This document shows, in pieces, positions 43,828 through 53,188 of a DNA stretch of 64,000 nt. The stretch is from the NCBI GenBank assembly GCA_963811105.1, contig CAWEPZ010000011.1, positions 96,001-160,000 of the forward strand, given 5' to 3'. Source of the DNA: Candidatus Bathyarchaeota archaeon (GTDB lineage Archaea > Thermoproteota > Bathyarchaeia > Bathyarchaeales > Bathycorpusculaceae). Made by a program: the position numbers and the translations under genes. The notes under the pieces were generated by a model. That model was given only the letters and a program-made list of their open reading frames with translations. It was not told where the DNA came from and did no database searches. Numbering within the stretch: position 1 is the first letter of the stretch; each line of letters starts with the position of its first letter.

Positions 43828-44502
43828 CTATGCTTTGCATGAGGCTTTAAATTCGAGCCAGGCTTGGTCGAACTCTTTTATAGTGTCCTCGGTCTTCTGG
43901 TGGAATGGCATCTGCTGAAGAACTTTAGGCGTGATAGTTATAATGTGCGCTCCTGCCGCGGCTGCTTCAGCCACATCCTCGGGTTTACGTATGCTACCAA
44001 CGATAATTTTGGTTTGCAAACCGCTCTCTTCGATTATGCGTTTAGAATCTTGAATAACTTTAACTGGGTCGCCGCCTGCATCTCGCACTCGACAGTAGAA
44101 TATGCTTGCGTAAGTTGCACCTGACAAGGCTGCTAAAACAACTTGGTTAGCGGTCATGAGACAAGTGACGTTTGTCTTGATTCTTTCTTTATGAAGCTTG
44201 CTAGCCAGCACAAGCCCGCGCCCGCTCGCCCACATTGGGATCTTTATGACAATATTTTTGGGGTTCCAACTAGAGTATTCTTTAGCTTCAGCAATCAGTG
44301 CCTCGTCGCTTTCATTGGTTTTAGTAACTTCTATGCTAAGCGGTACATCAATCGCTGAGAGGATTTCTTTCACTCGGTCTTTGAAGTTTATTCCTTTTTC
44401 ACAAGAGAATATTTTTTGGTTAGTGGTAACGCCACTTATGACGCCCCACGGCAGATAATCTTTTATTTCTTTTACACTTGCTGTGTCAATGAATATTTCC
44501 AT
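43828..44502 (-). CDS. Transaldolase (short TalC/FSA family)
   Basis: IFIDTA, GVTTN, IKIP Schiff-base Lys, GSIR, HIITI. Glu in LSIEV and Phe in SIFYCR indicate transaldolase rather than FSA type. Confidence 0.88.
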   Translation of the reverse strand: MEIFIDTASVKEIKDYLPWGVISGVTTNQKIFSCEKGINFKDRVKEILSAIDVPLSIEVTKTNESDEALIAEAKEYSSWNPKNIVIKIPMWASGRGLVLASKLHKERIKTNVTCLMTANQVVLAALSGATYASIFYCRVRDAGGDPVKVIQDSKRIIEESGLQTKIIVGSIRKPEDVAEAAAAGAHIITITPKVLQQMPFHQKTEDTIKEFDQAWLEFKASCKA

Positions 44503-45096
44503 TTTTCACTCACATCTTTTTCAATAATTTTAGACGCGTCAAACAGGCTAGGCGTAATGATATCAGGCTTAACCGCCATGGTTTCCATGAGCCTGCATAA
44601 GTCACACTTTACTGCCCCAATCAAAATTGATATGCACCCAACAGCCTTCCCAGCCTTAATATCCATAAGCCCGTCGCCAACCATATAGCATTTTGAGGTA
44701 TCCAACCCAAAATCCGCCTTCGCCTTCAAAAGCATACCAGGCTTAGGCTTGCGACAGTCACATACAACTTTGAATTGTATGCCTTTTTGCATGCGGATGG
44801 TGGAAACAGTAATACTCAGCGTCCACATGAGCCTTTTTCTTCCCAAGCAACAACTTCATTTCTAAGCGAACTTTCTCAAACAACTCCTCAGACATCTTAC
44901 CCTTGGCAATAGCGGGTTGATTAGAAACCACAATGACCTTCAAACCTAAACGATTAAACGTCTTAATCGCCTCGGATGCACCCGCTATCAACTTGAACTG
45001 TGCAGGATTTAGAGGGGAATCTATAGTCCCAAACTCGGGGAAATAGACCATCTTGTTAATTACGCCGTCACGATCCAAAAATACTGCGTCTGTTAT
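44472..45096 (-). pseudogene. gmhB: GmhB-like HAD-IIIA sugar-bisphosphate phosphatase, frameshifted near 44800
   Basis: AVFLDRDGVIN, VVSNQP, YYCFHHP...CDCRKPKPGML, MVGDGLMDI. Confidence 0.85.
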
Positions 45097-45248
45097 TTGC
45101 TATTACATCCAATATCCGAATCTATTACTTCAAGAACCTCAAAGATAGTGTACTTTAATCCAGCCTTATCTAAATACTTCTTAAGCTGGACACGAACTTG
45201 AGCTGAATCCTTATCAGCATCATCTATCCAAACAATAGTACGTTTCAT
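45093..45248 (-). CDS. 51-aa microprotein between gmhA- and gmhB-like genes
   Basis: MKRTIVWIDDADKDSAQVRVQLKKYLDKAGLKYTIFEV...; starts just after the gmhA stop and its stop overlaps the gmhB start. Confidence 0.55.
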   Translation of the reverse strand: MKRTIVWIDDADKDSAQVRVQLKKYLDKAGLKYTIFEVLEVIDSDIGCNSK

Positions 45249-45249
45249 T

Positions 45250-45852
45250 TTAAACCGTCTCCATTATTGCTTGACGAAGGCCATCGCAAAGCATATGGGT
45301 TAAACACGCATGGAACCCCTCAACCTGAGGAGTAGAATTAACTGGAGCCACAATACAGGCGTCCGCAACTTGCTTTAAAGCGCCCCCGTCAAAACCGGCT
45401 AAACCAATGAGTTTGCCGCCGTTCTCTTGAACAAACTTTCCTGCCTTCAACAGATTCTGCGACCAGACCCCAGCCTTATCAGCGCCCGAACCGCCATGAA
45501 CACTAATAACTACAAGCACATCGCCCTTATTCATCAGGTTCCGAAGCTGCTCATAATAAACACTATCCCAACCCAAATCATTAGTAAGCGCTGAAACCAA
45601 CGGAATATTATCATTCAGACAAACAGCTCTAAACCGCCGCTTACCCTCAACCGCCGTATACTTCGCCAAATCACACGTAAAATGCGTCGCTGTCGAAGCT
45701 GAACCGCCATTGCCAGCAATAAACACCTGCTTATCATTCTTCCAAGCTTCAAAAAGCAAATCCATAACTTTCACAATATCGTCTTGCGAAACCCGTTTAG
45801 CAACGGCTTCCAATTCCACAAGATAATCCATAACAAATTTTTCCTTATTCAT
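45250..45852 (-). CDS. gmhA: GmhA-like SIS-domain phosphosugar isomerase
   Basis: AGNGGSASTATHF..DL, ALTND, GDVLVVISVHGGSG, GFDGG, VEGFH. Confidence 0.85.
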   Translation of the reverse strand: MNKEKFVMDYLVELEAVAKRVSQDDIVKVMDLLFEAWKNDKQVFIAGNGGSASTATHFTCDLAKYTAVEGKRRFRAVCLNDNIPLVSALTNDLGWDSVYYEQLRNLMNKGDVLVVISVHGGSGADKAGVWSQNLLKAGKFVQENGGKLIGLAGFDGGALKQVADACIVAPVNSTPQVEGFHACLTHMLCDGLRQAIMETV

Positions 45853-45860
45853 ACAATCAC

Positions 45861-46844
45861 CTAAACATTAAGCGAAATCGTCGAACCATGAGGTTCAAAA
45901 TTAAAAGAAATTTCCCGCAAACCTTCCTTAGCCATGGCCTTGCGAATCTTGTCCTTACAGCTCTCACAATAAAACATTAAAAATCCTCCACCCCCGGCCC
46001 CCATTAATTTGCCCCCTAAAGCACCGTTCTGCAAACCTAACTCATACCAACGGTCAATCAAGCCATTAGAAATGGCACCTGAAGTCGCTTTCTTAACCTG
46101 CCAATGCTCATCCTGCAACCTGCCAAACTCCGAAATATCCCCTCCCTCCAACGCCTTCTTAACCCTAAAACCAATTTCCTTAATCGTATGCATTGCATCC
46201 AAAGCCTTAGACCTATCTATCTTGACATTAGTGCTTTGATCCTGCAAAACACCTGTTGAACTACGCTCGATACCCGTGTAGAAATAAAGTAAACTATTCT
46301 CCAAGTCACGCACCGTATCCTCAGGAATATTCAAATGCGTAACCTCCACCCGACCGTTTCTTTGGATATTTAGGCAGACAAAGCCGCCGAAAGCCGCGAT
46401 AAATGTGTCTTGATAACCGCATGGCTCCTTCAGAATATTCATCTGAACAGCACATGCCTCCTCGGCAAGGGTCTGCCTAGACAAAAACTCATCCTTATAC
46501 GTGTGAAGCGCATGCAAAAGCCCAACAGTGAAACAACTCGAAGACCCCAACCCAGTCTTCGAAGGAACCTCAGCAATAGAAATAATCTCCAAGTTACTTT
46601 TCAAACCAAGCAGCTTCAACGATTCCCTGATAACAGGATGCTTGATACTATCAACTGGAGAAGTAATCTCAGTTATCGAATAGCTTGCCCTAACAGGCTC
46701 CTCAAACCGGCTATTAACCACCAAATATATGTATTTATTAATAGCAGAAGTGACAACAAACCCGCCATACTGATCACTATAAGAAGGCAAATCTGTTCCT
46801 CCGCCGCCCAAAGTCAAACGAAGAGGAGTCTTACTAACAATCAA
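45861..46844 (-). CDS. hddA: HddA-like GHMP sugar-phosphate 1-kinase
   Basis: TPLRLTLGGGGTD, TGLGSSS, GYQD..AAFGG, GGKLMGAGGGGF. Confidence 0.9.
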   Translation of the reverse strand: MIVSKTPLRLTLGGGGTDLPSYSDQYGGFVVTSAINKYIYLVVNSRFEEPVRASYSITEITSPVDSIKHPVIRESLKLLGLKSNLEIISIAEVPSKTGLGSSSCFTVGLLHALHTYKDEFLSRQTLAEEACAVQMNILKEPCGYQDTFIAAFGGFVCLNIQRNGRVEVTHLNIPEDTVRDLENSLLYFYTGIERSSTGVLQDQSTNVKIDRSKALDAMHTIKEIGFRVKKALEGGDISEFGRLQDEHWQVKKATSGAISNGLIDRWYELGLQNGALGGKLMGAGGGGFLMFYCESCKDKIRKAMAKEGLREISFNFEPHGSTISLNV

Positions 46845-46846
46845 GC

Positions 46847-47302
46847 TTAATGTAACCGACCATTATTCAACTGAGTAACCGCCAAGTATCTAGCAAACCC
46901 GGCGTCATCAGCCCAACGAGTCGCCAAATGGTTACCCAAGCCAACTGCCATAGCGCTAACTTTTCGAGCTAAAGAGAAACCAACCGTCCTCACCAACCGA
47001 TCCACCAGACCTTCCCTCGCAAGCTTAAGCTTTTCGATTATGGCCGTCACCACATTGGCCAGCGTAGCACTCCTAATGCAATCAACGTATCTTACGGTGA
47101 GATCCAATATGCCTCTCTCAACTCTGCTTAAGGCTCTATACCAAATTCTACCTCTAAGGGCAGCCTTTTTGATAATTAAGATTCGAGCTACAGGGCACAC
47201 ATTGCTTTGCTGACTTTCAACTGCGCCTTTGGGAACCGCTCGCTTTAAAAACGAAGGCGCCACCCTTAACCTTGCCATGCCCCGTCCTTCACCGAACGCC
47301 AT
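46847..47302 (-). CDS. Basic helical hypothetical protein heading the glycan operon (start uncertain)
   Basis: ALRGRIWYRALSRVERGILDLTVRYV...WADDAGFARYLAV; stop abuts hddA. Confidence 0.6.
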   Translation of the reverse strand: MAFGEGRGMARLRVAPSFLKRAVPKGAVESQQSNVCPVARILIIKKAALRGRIWYRALSRVERGILDLTVRYVDCIRSATLANVVTAIIEKLKLAREGLVDRLVRTVGFSLARKVSAMAVGLGNHLATRWADDAGFARYLAVTQLNNGRLH

Positions 47303-47678
47303 ATTAGAGATAAAAGCTTATATGTATAATGAATTAACGAATGGAAGATAATAAATAATATTATGATTTGATAAAAGCTAATAACTATGAACATTTCAAA
47401 TGAAAAACTTAACTATTGTGAAATCAGTGAGTAAAGTGCCAAGTCTGCAGGTTAGAAGTAGTGGAATCATTCCCGCAAAACCTTAGACAAGACCTTATTC
47501 TATGTTCTAAAGAAATGCTATATCATACATAGACCAATAGAAGTTTTCCTCAATCCACGGTAAGATATAATCGTTTTCAAAATATAATGAATTACAAAAG
47601 CCTGCAAAAAGTTGCCAATAAATCAATTGCTCAAATCAACTTCACTAACCATTTTTTCTGTGCACATCGGCGATTTTC

Positions 47679-47771
47679 GGATCCGACCCCCAATTTACCA
47701 ACGAAAATAGTGAAGTAATAAATCAAAGATATTGAATAAACGTTGTAGGTTATAATCCCAGCGACCCCACT
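47679..47771 (+). repeat. Dispersed junction element A, with tRNA-3'-end-like arm
   Basis: GGATCCGACCCCCAATTTACCAACGAAAATAG, then GGTTATAATCCCAGCGACCCCAC. Confidence 0.55.
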
Positions 47772-47858
47772 TTACCCACTTCTTACTCGTTCTTGAATTG
47801 ATATAAAGACTCTCGAGCAATAGTAGCTTGAATAAAAAGGGGAAAATATTTCTTCTAT

Positions 47859-48414
47859 CTAAATTCTCGTGATGAGGTCTTTTGCCCAGTTTCGAATTGC
47901 ATTCCAGTCTCTTGTATCGTAGTTTCCGTTTGTCTCCTTGAACCCTGCCGCTTCCAGTTGCTGCTTGGCCATTGGCTTAGCTTTTCCTGCCCACCAAGGC
48001 CATTTATCGAAGTCATAGACGCCGCCAAACAAGCCTAAGGCAACGGGTTGTAGGTTGTACTTTACGGCTTTTTCCTGAAGATACTTCTTTTTGGCCTGTT
48101 TCGACTTCTTCAGGTTTTCCCTCACGCTCAGCTATTGCTTGTGCACCAGCCGAAACAAAGATGGCTATCTTCCTTGCCTTCAACTCCTTCTGGAATTTCT
48201 TCAGAAAGTCTTCCGGTTCGCCTGTCCACCTGAAAATTTGGATTCCACTACCGACAATTACAAGATCGTATTCTGAGATGTCTTTGACTTTTTCCTCTTT
48301 AGCATTGACCACTCGGACTTCAAGGCCTTCTTTTCTCAATATTGAAGCGATTTCCAGGGATGTGCTGGCTGTAGCTCCGTATCTTGTGCCGTAAACAATC
48401 AAAGCTTTGTCCAA
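47859..48414 (-). pseudogene. Flavodoxin-domain protein (Flavodoxin_5-like), frameshifted
   Basis: LIVYGTRYGAT, YDLVIVGSGI, FGGVYDF, DTRDWNAIRNWA. Confidence 0.85.
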
Positions 48415-48812
48415 TAGTCAACGCCTCCACTTTTTGCTCCCTTGAAATTGAGCACTATCGCGATTACTCCTGCTGCAATCCCGAACAATGGCGGAACTAT
48501 GCCTCCACCGACAAGAAGCATTCCGACTGTAAGCAAAATAAGAACTAAACCACCGCGTTTTCTTGAAATGAATTTGGCAGCCCAAACTGCTAGCAAAACA
48601 CCGATGATTATTGTTAATATGCCAGTTACCAGAAGGTTTGGAATAATAGTCATCGCAGGTTCACCACCTAACGCTGTCAAGCTGGGCCAAGCTTTAAACA
48701 CAATATTGCTCGGAGCCACATTACCCTGAAGCATTGCGCCAGGTCCATGAGATGCACCACTGAGTCCCGTGAAAATACCAAGAGCTGAGGCTGCAACCTT
48801 AAGTTTATTCAT
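48399..48812 (-). CDS. Small membrane protein
   Basis: HGPG...GGEPAMTIIPNLLVTG and 3-4 TM segments. Confidence 0.7.
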   Translation of the reverse strand: MNKLKVAASALGIFTGLSGASHGPGAMLQGNVAPSNIVFKAWPSLTALGGEPAMTIIPNLLVTGILTIIIGVLLAVWAAKFISRKRGGLVLILLTVGMLLVGGGIVPPLFGIAAGVIAIVLNFKGAKSGGVDYWTKL

Positions 48813-49066
48813 GCTTTCACCGCCATTTGCTTTTGTTCAGATGTTTTCTTGATATCGTCTACTCCAAGGTCAAGCCGAAGAACACCGTTTTTTCCCACAA
48901 CCTCCAAAACAACACCTTCCGCAAACGATGCTTGCAATAGTTCACCTATTGTACCCTCGATAAGGACGCTGTCGCTAGAGCCGTTGGTCAAGGTTACGTT
49001 CTTAAGACTATTTTTAGACTTGAGCTCCACAGAGAATACACGTTCTTTGTCACTTTTGCTATACAT
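48809..49066 (-). CDS. Hypothetical beta-rich small protein
   Basis: FSVELKSK...VLIEGTIGEL...LEVVGKNGVLRLDL; overlaps the next gene. Confidence 0.65.
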   Translation of the reverse strand: MYSKSDKERVFSVELKSKNSLKNVTLTNGSSDSVLIEGTIGELLQASFAEGVVLEVVGKNGVLRLDLGVDDIKKTSEQKQMAVKA

Positions 49067-49174
49067 TTTGATTTTCCTCAGCAATCTTGAAGTCGCCAAA
49101 TGTGATTAGTTTTATTTGACGAAGACGCTAAGAAGTAAGTATCAGTGTGAAAACCTTAGCACCGGTGTTAAGAA

Positions 49175-49921
49175 ATGGAGAATGATTCAGGAGTAGAAAA
49201 GTTGTTTTTTGAACTCGCAAGTGAAACCAGGCTTGACATATTGCGGGAACTAAAGAACGAAAATCTGAAAATGCAGGAAATCGCGCGCCGATTAGATGTG
49301 ACTGCAACAGAAGCTTTCAGGCAACTGGAACGTTTGAGCAATGCGCTGCTCGTTCAGAGACAGCCTAATGGTACATTTGCCCTCGCTGAGTATGGCAAAC
49401 TGGTGCTTCAACTTTCATCTTCCATAGAGTTTGCCTCCAAGCACAAAGAATACTTCTCAACGCATGACATAACTCGGCTTCCCACCCAATTTGTGAACAG
49501 GTTAGGCGAGTTGGGGCAAGCGAACTTGATCATGGATACTGTTGAGACCTTGAACAAGGCTCAGCGGGCGTTTATAGAAGCTGAGGAATATGGCTGGGGA
49601 ATAGCAGAGGGCACCATCCCCGAACAGATGGGACCAATAATGGATGAAGTTATCCGGAATGGTGTAAAACTCCGCTTTCTCATTCCCGAAACTCGGCTTC
49701 CAACCAGTTCAAGCCTGCCTCCATCAGTGAAGAACGTGGAAATGAGAGGTCTCTTAGATCTTCCCGCAATAGTTGTTCTCACTAAAAAAGAAGGAGCTGT
49801 TTGTTTTCGTCAAGTTGGAGGAAGAGTGGATTATGCGGGCTTTTTCGGAAAAGATCCAGCGTTCCTCAATTGGGTTAAAGATCTGTTCCTTTACTATTGG
49901 GATGAAGGAAAACGAGCTTAA
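49175..49921 (+). CDS. ArsR-like wHTH transcriptional regulator with C-terminal effector domain
   Basis: LFFELASETRLDIL...EAFRQLERL; divergent from the flavodoxin operon. Confidence 0.85.
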   Translation: MENDSGVEKLFFELASETRLDILRELKNENLKMQEIARRLDVTATEAFRQLERLSNALLVQRQPNGTFALAEYGKLVLQLSSSIEFASKHKEYFSTHDITRLPTQFVNRLGELGQANLIMDTVETLNKAQRAFIEAEEYGWGIAEGTIPEQMGPIMDEVIRNGVKLRFLIPETRLPTSSSLPPSVKNVEMRGLLDLPAIVVLTKKEGAVCFRQVGGRVDYAGFFGKDPAFLNWVKDLFLYYWDEGKRA

Positions 49922-50152
49922 CTCACTGAAAGTGTTTCCGGTACTTGAACTAATTCGGTCTACGACCCGCAGCCCAACTCTTTGCTCCCAACCAAAGTAA
50001 ACCTGCGGTAAACCATTTCATTTGAATTATGTGTCGTTTTTGTGCGTAAACGTCCGCCATAAAACTAGAATTTCAAACATTTAATGTTTATATCTTAAGA
50101 TACAATATACATGTGTTATAGACAAGATAATACATAAGGAATGAGTTAGCAC

Positions 50153-50416
50153 ATGGAGTTTACAAGCAGCAAACAAAAAGTGTGGGTCAGTAGAATTTCT
50201 AATGTTTTCCATAATTCTAAAACGAATCAGTCCCTTGAAGAGAAGTATGCAGTTGTAATTGATTATAATGTTGACAAACAAGCATCACCTAACAACCAGA
50301 AAACACATACTTCAAATGAGTGGAACAATCTCCAAGAAGGTTTGAAGTATCAAAACGAAGTTGAGCGAAAAAGAGGAATAGCCGAAGCCTACCGATTCTT
50401 AACACCACCAAAATAA
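50153..50416 (+). CDS. Hypothetical protein
   Basis: 87-aa ORF; no family recognised. Confidence 0.35.
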   Translation: MEFTSSKQKVWVSRISNVFHNSKTNQSLEEKYAVVIDYNVDKQASPNNQKTHTSNEWNNLQEGLKYQNEVERKRGIAEAYRFLTPPK

Positions 50417-50630
50417 AGGCTCAAAGCGTTCATTCCACTGAACAATAAAATTGTCTCTCCATTGAATGGGGCGTTGATGATCCTTTGTCTTTTCAGAATT
50501 TGGACGGCTCGGCTGGAAAAGAAGCAATCATAGCGTCATAAGGCACAATGTGTTTGATAAGCAACAATATTTAGGCAGAATAAACACAATTGAGCCCGTT
50601 ACTTATTATTGCGATGTTAAAATCGTGAAA

Positions 50631-50660
50631 ACCTTAAATCTTACATTATGTCTTACATAA
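50631..50660 (+). promoter_or_regulatory. TATA-like box and candidate antitoxin operator
   Basis: CTTAAAT about 30 bp before the ATG; TCTTACAT direct repeat and TTATGT-CTT-ACATAA palindrome. Confidence 0.4.
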
Positions 50661-50663
50661 CGT

Positions 50664-50888
50664 ATGACAATGAAGACAGTAAGCGTAAGAATATCTGAAG
50701 AAGAAAAGCGCCAACTAAAGAAGTATGGTAAACTATCAGATACACTTAGGGAAGGCATGAAACTCTACCTAAACAAAAAGAAATCCGATGAGTTGCTATG
50801 CAAACTGGAAAAACTACAATCCGAAAGCAAAATAAAAACCTCAATTGAGGAAGAAGTGAAACTGATTCGAGAGGATAGAGAACGCTGA
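50664..50888 (+). CDS. vapB: Ribbon-helix-helix antitoxin
   Basis: TVSVRISEE...LSDTLRE...LIREDRER; overlaps the PIN gene. Confidence 0.8.
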   Translation: MTMKTVSVRISEEEKRQLKKYGKLSDTLREGMKLYLNKKKSDELLCKLEKLQSESKIKTSIEEEVKLIREDRER

Positions 50889-51268
50889 TAGTTGCCGACA
50901 GCAGCTACATAGTTGAAGGCCTCCTTAAGAATAGGGAACTACTTGCGGTTGAACAGATTGTGGCTCCTGAGTTAGTTGTCTATGAAGTTGCAAACGCTAT
51001 TTGGAAGCATGAACATCTTTTGAAAGACGTAGAAAACGGTAAACAATACTTATCAATTTTCTATGGTCTAATAGAAGCTGGAAAAATAAAGATCCTAACC
51101 CCAAACGAAGAGTTGATGCAGGAATCATATTCAATCGCAAAAAGGCAAGAAATTGCGGTATACGACGCAGTTTTCGTTTCTTTGGCAAATAAATTAGGAT
51201 TAACCTTAAAAAGTTATGACAGAGTTCAAATTCGAGCTCTAAAATCTGAGAATAACCGCCGTCGATAA
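50885..51268 (+). CDS. vapC: PIN-domain (VapC) toxin
   Basis: IVADSS from CTG at 50885, APELVVYEVANAIWK, AVYDAVFVSLA, SYD. Confidence 0.85.
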   Translation: MIVADSSYIVEGLLKNRELLAVEQIVAPELVVYEVANAIWKHEHLLKDVENGKQYLSIFYGLIEAGKIKILTPNEELMQESYSIAKRQEIAVYDAVFVSLANKLGLTLKSYDRVQIRALKSENNRRR

Positions 51269-51535
51269 CTTAGCACCGTAGAGCGCTAACAGTCCAAGGC
51301 GTATTAAAAGTCTCAGAATCAGGAAACGGACTAGTCAGCGGCACTCAGAAAACGAACTAATAGTAAACAAAGAAAGACAACTGCAACCATAGCGAAAGTA
51401 AAATCAACTGAAGTAGAGCCGCTCTATCTCCGTTGAGGGAGCAAAATAAGAACAAGTCCCCAAGGGATATATGAATAAACCAGAATTATTCTAATTTAGT
51501 CATAATAACATCAAAGATAGCTCTAATTTGTAAAT

Positions 51536-51639
51536 TGGCGCCGGGAGGAGGGGCCCAGCACCTTTTTACCAGTAAAATTGTCTAAATCAAATTTTTTGTA
51601 TCCCAAAACATTATGAGTTCAAATCTCAACTGCCCCACT
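51536..51639 (+). repeat. Dispersed junction element B, with tRNA-like arms
   Basis: CCAGCACCTTTTTACCAGTAAAATTG..., then TGAGTTCAAATCTCAACTGCCCCAC; near-identical core at 62875-62920. Confidence 0.7.
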
Positions 51640-51791
51640 TTTCACACATTTTTAATAAGAAAACCCAATATTACCTTAAACTATCAAAAATTCATGAGAA
51701 GCGAACGCTCTAGAATCACCATTCAACGATACAAAAATTCTTTATTACTGATAAATTGGAGTTCGAATCGCACTCCGGCATCACAGTAATC

Positions 51792-52874
51792 TTATTTTGT
51801 GATTGATACCGACATTTCCATAAATCTGCTGTAATGTTTTGCTGCTGAAGCAATTGAACTTCTTTGTGTTGGGGTTAATGTCTTAAACAGGCTGAGCATA
51901 ATGACTATGTTGCTTTTCTTGAACGTACGCTTCCATGTTCCCACTACTTTGCCATCAATGATAATTGTGGGGTAGAAGATGCCGTTGTTGGATACTGCCT
52001 TCTTAAAATGAGGCTGTTCAATTGCAGCGGTTCGGTCGCTGTAGCCGAGGATATACTCATCGAAAGCTGGCAAAAGAAACGCCGTTGCTAACTCTTTTCC
52101 ATTTTCGGGCGTACTTTGGGGCATCCAATATCTTTTGCCTTCGATTGTTTCTGACATGAGCCGAGAAGACGCTGCTTCCAAAGCTATCTTCGCATCGGAC
52201 AGCTTCAACCCTGACCACCAAGCGAAATCCTCAAGCAACGCTGGACCCCGGCTTGAAAAGTAACAACGCGCAAGTTCACTCAACGCTTCTCCCTGTTGCA
52301 TACTCTTGCCTTTTGGTACATATTGATTTAGCAAAGCGAAAGTCTGCTCCTTGCCCTTTTGTGAACCAAAACAAATCAGCCCTTTCAGAGCTGCTCGCCA
52401 AAGAATATGGTAGCCCCGTTGGCCCTTGGGAGAAATACCTCCTTTTTCCAATACCTTAAACATTTCATCTCGAGTCAATTGCCCATTTTGCAGGGCTTCA
52501 ACAAATAGTTCCTCGGCCCGCATAAAAGTTGCCTCATCCAATTTCAGCTGACGGTGGCGTCCAGCCCTACTTGCAATAATTTGTGGCCCTAACAGCTCTA
52601 GCATCCAACGAACATCAGGGGCTGCTACGAAATGCAATGTGCCCCGTAACAGCCAAATTCGGACGATTGCCCTGTTAGTTATCGCTGATTCCACCTCTGG
52701 TAAAGTTACTTCTTTGGCGCGGAGACCAATAGCCCAGAGTGCCGCTTGATAATCTTGAGCCTGCATGGCGCCAAGCGAAGCGACAACTTCGCCGGGTTCT
52801 TCGGTAGCTGAATAAGCAATCTGGTGATTAATCAACCGAAGCTTGGCGACATCTTCGAGGTTCATGCCTATCAA
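51792..52874 (-). CDS. AlkZ/YcaQ-family (HTH_42) DNA glycosylase
   Basis: AMQAQD (QxQ motif), LLRGTLH, FAWWSG, LLPAFDEYILGY, DGKVVGTW. Confidence 0.88.
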   Translation of the reverse strand: MIGMNLEDVAKLRLINHQIAYSATEEPGEVVASLGAMQAQDYQAALWAIGLRAKEVTLPEVESAITNRAIVRIWLLRGTLHFVAAPDVRWMLELLGPQIIASRAGRHRQLKLDEATFMRAEELFVEALQNGQLTRDEMFKVLEKGGISPKGQRGYHILWRAALKGLICFGSQKGKEQTFALLNQYVPKGKSMQQGEALSELARCYFSSRGPALLEDFAWWSGLKLSDAKIALEAASSRLMSETIEGKRYWMPQSTPENGKELATAFLLPAFDEYILGYSDRTAAIEQPHFKKAVSNNGIFYPTIIIDGKVVGTWKRTFKKSNIVIMLSLFKTLTPTQRSSIASAAKHYSRFMEMSVSITK

Positions 52875-53188
52875 TAAACTATTTGTCTGCTCTTTTTAAT
52901 AAAATAGCAGCTCGTCGAATTGGGAATTGAAAAAACAAGTTACTCCAAGAAATTTTTGGCTGTAATCATCAATTGAAATGATGCACTTAATTATTTAAGC
53001 GAATCCTGAATATTTCCTTCGCGATAAGTGAGCCGGACAGATCGTACCCCAACTTGTAGGTTTGGCCGTTAAATTCATGCTGCATGATTTTTTCCTCTGT
53101 TCTTTTTCTGCCGAAAGGTAAAAACACCGAAATTTGATAGCTTCATCCAAAGATTTGTCTATTTTTCTCAACATCCACTAATTTCTCA

